DNA of 64,000 bases from Vicugna vicugna (Eukaryota), in assembly GCA_013265495.1 (NCBI GenBank), contig MU058669.1, positions 1,249,880 to 1,313,879 of the forward strand, written 5' to 3'. Made by a program: the position numbers and the translations under genes. The notes below the pieces were generated by a model. The model made no database searches, was not told the DNA's origin, and worked only from the letters and a program-made list of their open reading frames with translations. Positions 61,801 to 64,000 of the stretch are shown here, one piece after another (positions within the stretch are counted from its first letter, which is position 1; the number at the start of each line of letters is the position of its first letter).

Positions 61801-62828
61801 TAAATATCTTACATTACTTTGCTTATTTAAGAAGGTTTTATACCTTTTTTATCTAATATTTCAAATCAAAGCATGTACCTTAGAATGATTTTTGAAGTTA
61901 GTAGTTCTGGGTATAAATCTGTACTTCAAAAAATCCTTACTGGTATGTGTATATTTTCCTGAGTTCTTAGCAGAAGTGGTTAGATCTTCACTGTTTCTAC
62001 TTCCTCATATGGCAGATATAGCAGCTCTGTAGAGGTGGCGATTCTGCCATTTCCTTGGTGTTGCATCATTTGTACCGTCAATCTGTGTTTTCCTAATGCC
62101 ACTTGTTACTTCTTTAAAGTTTTCCTCATCTAGTTGTAGCTAAACTAATCTGTAAGTCCGTTTAACCTGGCGCAGTTGAAGTGTGATATTTCACAATACA
62201 CAGAGAGCATAAAAAATAAGTAAGGTCATCCTTGTAGCCCCCTCTGTCATGGAGCCCCCAGCCTTTCCTCAGGTTGCCTGGATGCCTTGTGTGACTTCCT
62301 CTAATATAAAGGGCAGAATAACTGTGCTAGTGTCAATCCGTGAACTTAATATCAGTAAAACTCAGTATCTAAATTTAGATTTATGATGCATCTAAGTCTT
62401 AGGCTGGATTCCCCGGAAGGGTTCTTGGCAAGCAATCTACTAAGGAGGTGCTCTGAAATAAACCCACAAGGGAGCGAAGGAAACAGGATTGTGCAGGGAG
62501 CTGTACTGCAGTGGTTGTATCACCCAGAGGTAATGGGGTCTGGAGAGTTACACCCCAACATCACTGTTTCATTATGACCGCCATCCCCAGGAAAGGCACA
62601 ACTTCCAAGGCATCCTCTTGGCAAGGTGGTTCCTGTCAATCAAGGGCAGTCCTCTGGACAGTAGTGCAGATTGGTGCCATTATCCGCCATCTGCAGCAGC
62701 TGGAAGAGAGGTGCTCCAGCCAGGTGAAGGGAAATCTGGGTGGGATACCATCAGCCTCTATTACAAAATGTGAATGGAAATTGGGTGTTTTATTCCAGTA
62801 GCCTACTCTGAAGACCGCTAGCCTAGAG

Positions 62829-63552
62829 AAAGTCCTCCGCCTTGGCACTAGTGATGGTTTTGGCCAGATAGTGCTCTGTGGTTGGCAGCTGTCTTGTGCA
62901 TTGTGTCTTGCTGAGCAGTGCCCAGCTTTATCCACTAGATGCCCACTTGGAACTATATCCTCCACCCTGACACGCTGTGATAATATAAATGACTTTATTG
63001 TGGGGGAAATTGATGTCCTACCAACACAGAGAGACCTTTCCATGTCAATATGGAAAGGAAACGAATTGATTATTGAATTAGCAGTGTCCACATGTATGTA
63101 GGTAGCCTGTGAGAGACTACGAAGTAAACAAAGTCACAACACTTATACAGCAACACGAGCATGAAGTTTTCTTGAGAATTAAAGTAGCTGTTGAATTGAC
63201 TGTCCACCTCTGAAAGGCGTTTTGATTCCCCTTGAAGGACATTTACATCTTGACATGGGCTTTTGTGTTAACCCCACTGCGAGGGGGCACAAGCCTTCGG
63301 CACGGGCGACCTCTCTCCACTGTAGGTGGAGCTTTTCTTCTCTTGGGAGATACTCGTCTAGAATCCTAGTGTGAGAGAAAGGACTCAGTCCCACTCTGTC
63401 TTCCAGGAGACTCTTCAAAGTGGGTAAGAGAGGGCAGTGCCTCATTTTTCTTCATAGGCAAAGAAAACTTATTTTAAAATGTTCACCTACACCAAATGTG
63501 AGATTGGCAAATGTCCCCTCGGGGACAAGCTGAATCCCAGTTGAGAACCATA
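62829..63552. mobile_element. MER20 split by an LTR, with a perfect 8-bp hAT TSD
   Basis: Left half 62829-~62995 (CTTGGCACTAGTGA...CCACTAGATGCC) and right half ~63495-63552 (CAAATGTCCCC...GTTGAGAACCA). TSD GCCTAGAG at 62821-62828 and 63553-63560. Confidence 0.82.
62999..63491 (-). mobile_element. Probable ERV1-class solo LTR inside MER20
   Basis: About 490 bp insert bounded by TGTGGGGGAAA and CACCTACA, with an antisense AATAAT near the left end. No clean TSD. Confidence 0.6.
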
Positions 63553-63566
63553 GCCTAGAGCGAAGG

Positions 63567-63997
63567 GTAACAGGGTTAGCGGTCAGGTGGCCACACGAGG
63601 TCAAAGAAGAACTTGGATAAAGCCACGTGAAGAAAGCAAGCTTTACGTAAAAAGCAGCTTTGTCTTGGACAGGTTAAATAAGATACAGAGGCAGTCAGAT
63701 GAAGGAGGCTCTGATGCCGTGGAGGCCTAGGCACACCAACCCAGGATCTGAAACCTCAGGGTTCTAGGGTGGAAACCTACGGGTGAGCCATCACGGACAG
63801 CCAAGTAGGCTTAGGACGACAGCCCGTCAGTGGTTTCCTTGCCACATGTCCTCCTTTTCTCTGTAAAATCTCTCCCTGGGCTCCTGTCAGGGGAGCATTC
63901 CTAACCACTTCTGGCTTGATGTTGCCTGTTGGAAATCAATTTTTGTTCAAATAAACTCTTAATTTTTTTTTAATAGGTTTCAATTTGTCTTCTGATA
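63567..63997 (+). mobile_element. ERV1-class LTR
   Basis: 3' part GGAGCATTCCTAACCACTTCTGG...TTTTTGTTCAAATAAACTCTTAA resembles ERV1 LTR R/U5 ends. Confidence 0.65.
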
Positions 63998-64000
63998 GTT

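Noticed and set aside
62636..63091. 151-aa minus-strand ORF
   Set aside because: It spans an LTR, MER20 and a MaLR-like relic with no coherent protein.
51802..63997. A provirus bounded by paired LTRs
   Set aside because: The LTRs differ in sequence and orientation, and no PBS, PPT or gag/pol/env remnant is visible between any pair.
1..64000. CRISPR arrays, operons or other prokaryote-type systems
   Set aside because: The sequence is clearly mammalian and repeat-rich, with no repeat-spacer array or dense coding regions.

Overview
This is a mammalian genomic window, most likely from a camelid (camel/alpaca/llama), judging by a vic-1-like tRNA-derived SINE and the style of the L1 3' ends. I find no intact protein-coding gene and no convincing spliced coding exon. 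The only ORF-track entries with recognisable protein are decayed LINE-1 ORF1/ORF2 fragments. Bases 1-5213 are the 5' part of a minus-strand L1 with an intact 5' end: a 2.2 kb repeat-containing 5'UTR, disrupted ORF1 and disrupted ORF2 running off the left edge. Bases 14.2-17.7 kb are an older L1 carrying a nested, apparently chimeric younger insertion. The 18-50 kb stretch is dominated by ancient MIR, L2, MaLR and hAT (MER5/MER20) relics plus unique sequence with candidate regulatory patches. The 51.8-64 kb stretch holds about eight ERV1-type solo LTRs, several of them nested. The best leads are the strong minus-strand bias of L1s and LTRs, a candidate TATA promoter at 56.3 kb, a candidate retrocopied or terminal 3'UTR at 39.6 kb, and the L1 promoter duplications. 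I cannot support a new biological system from this sequence. Repeat family names come from recalled consensus features, not from a search, and the boundaries of old elements are approximate.
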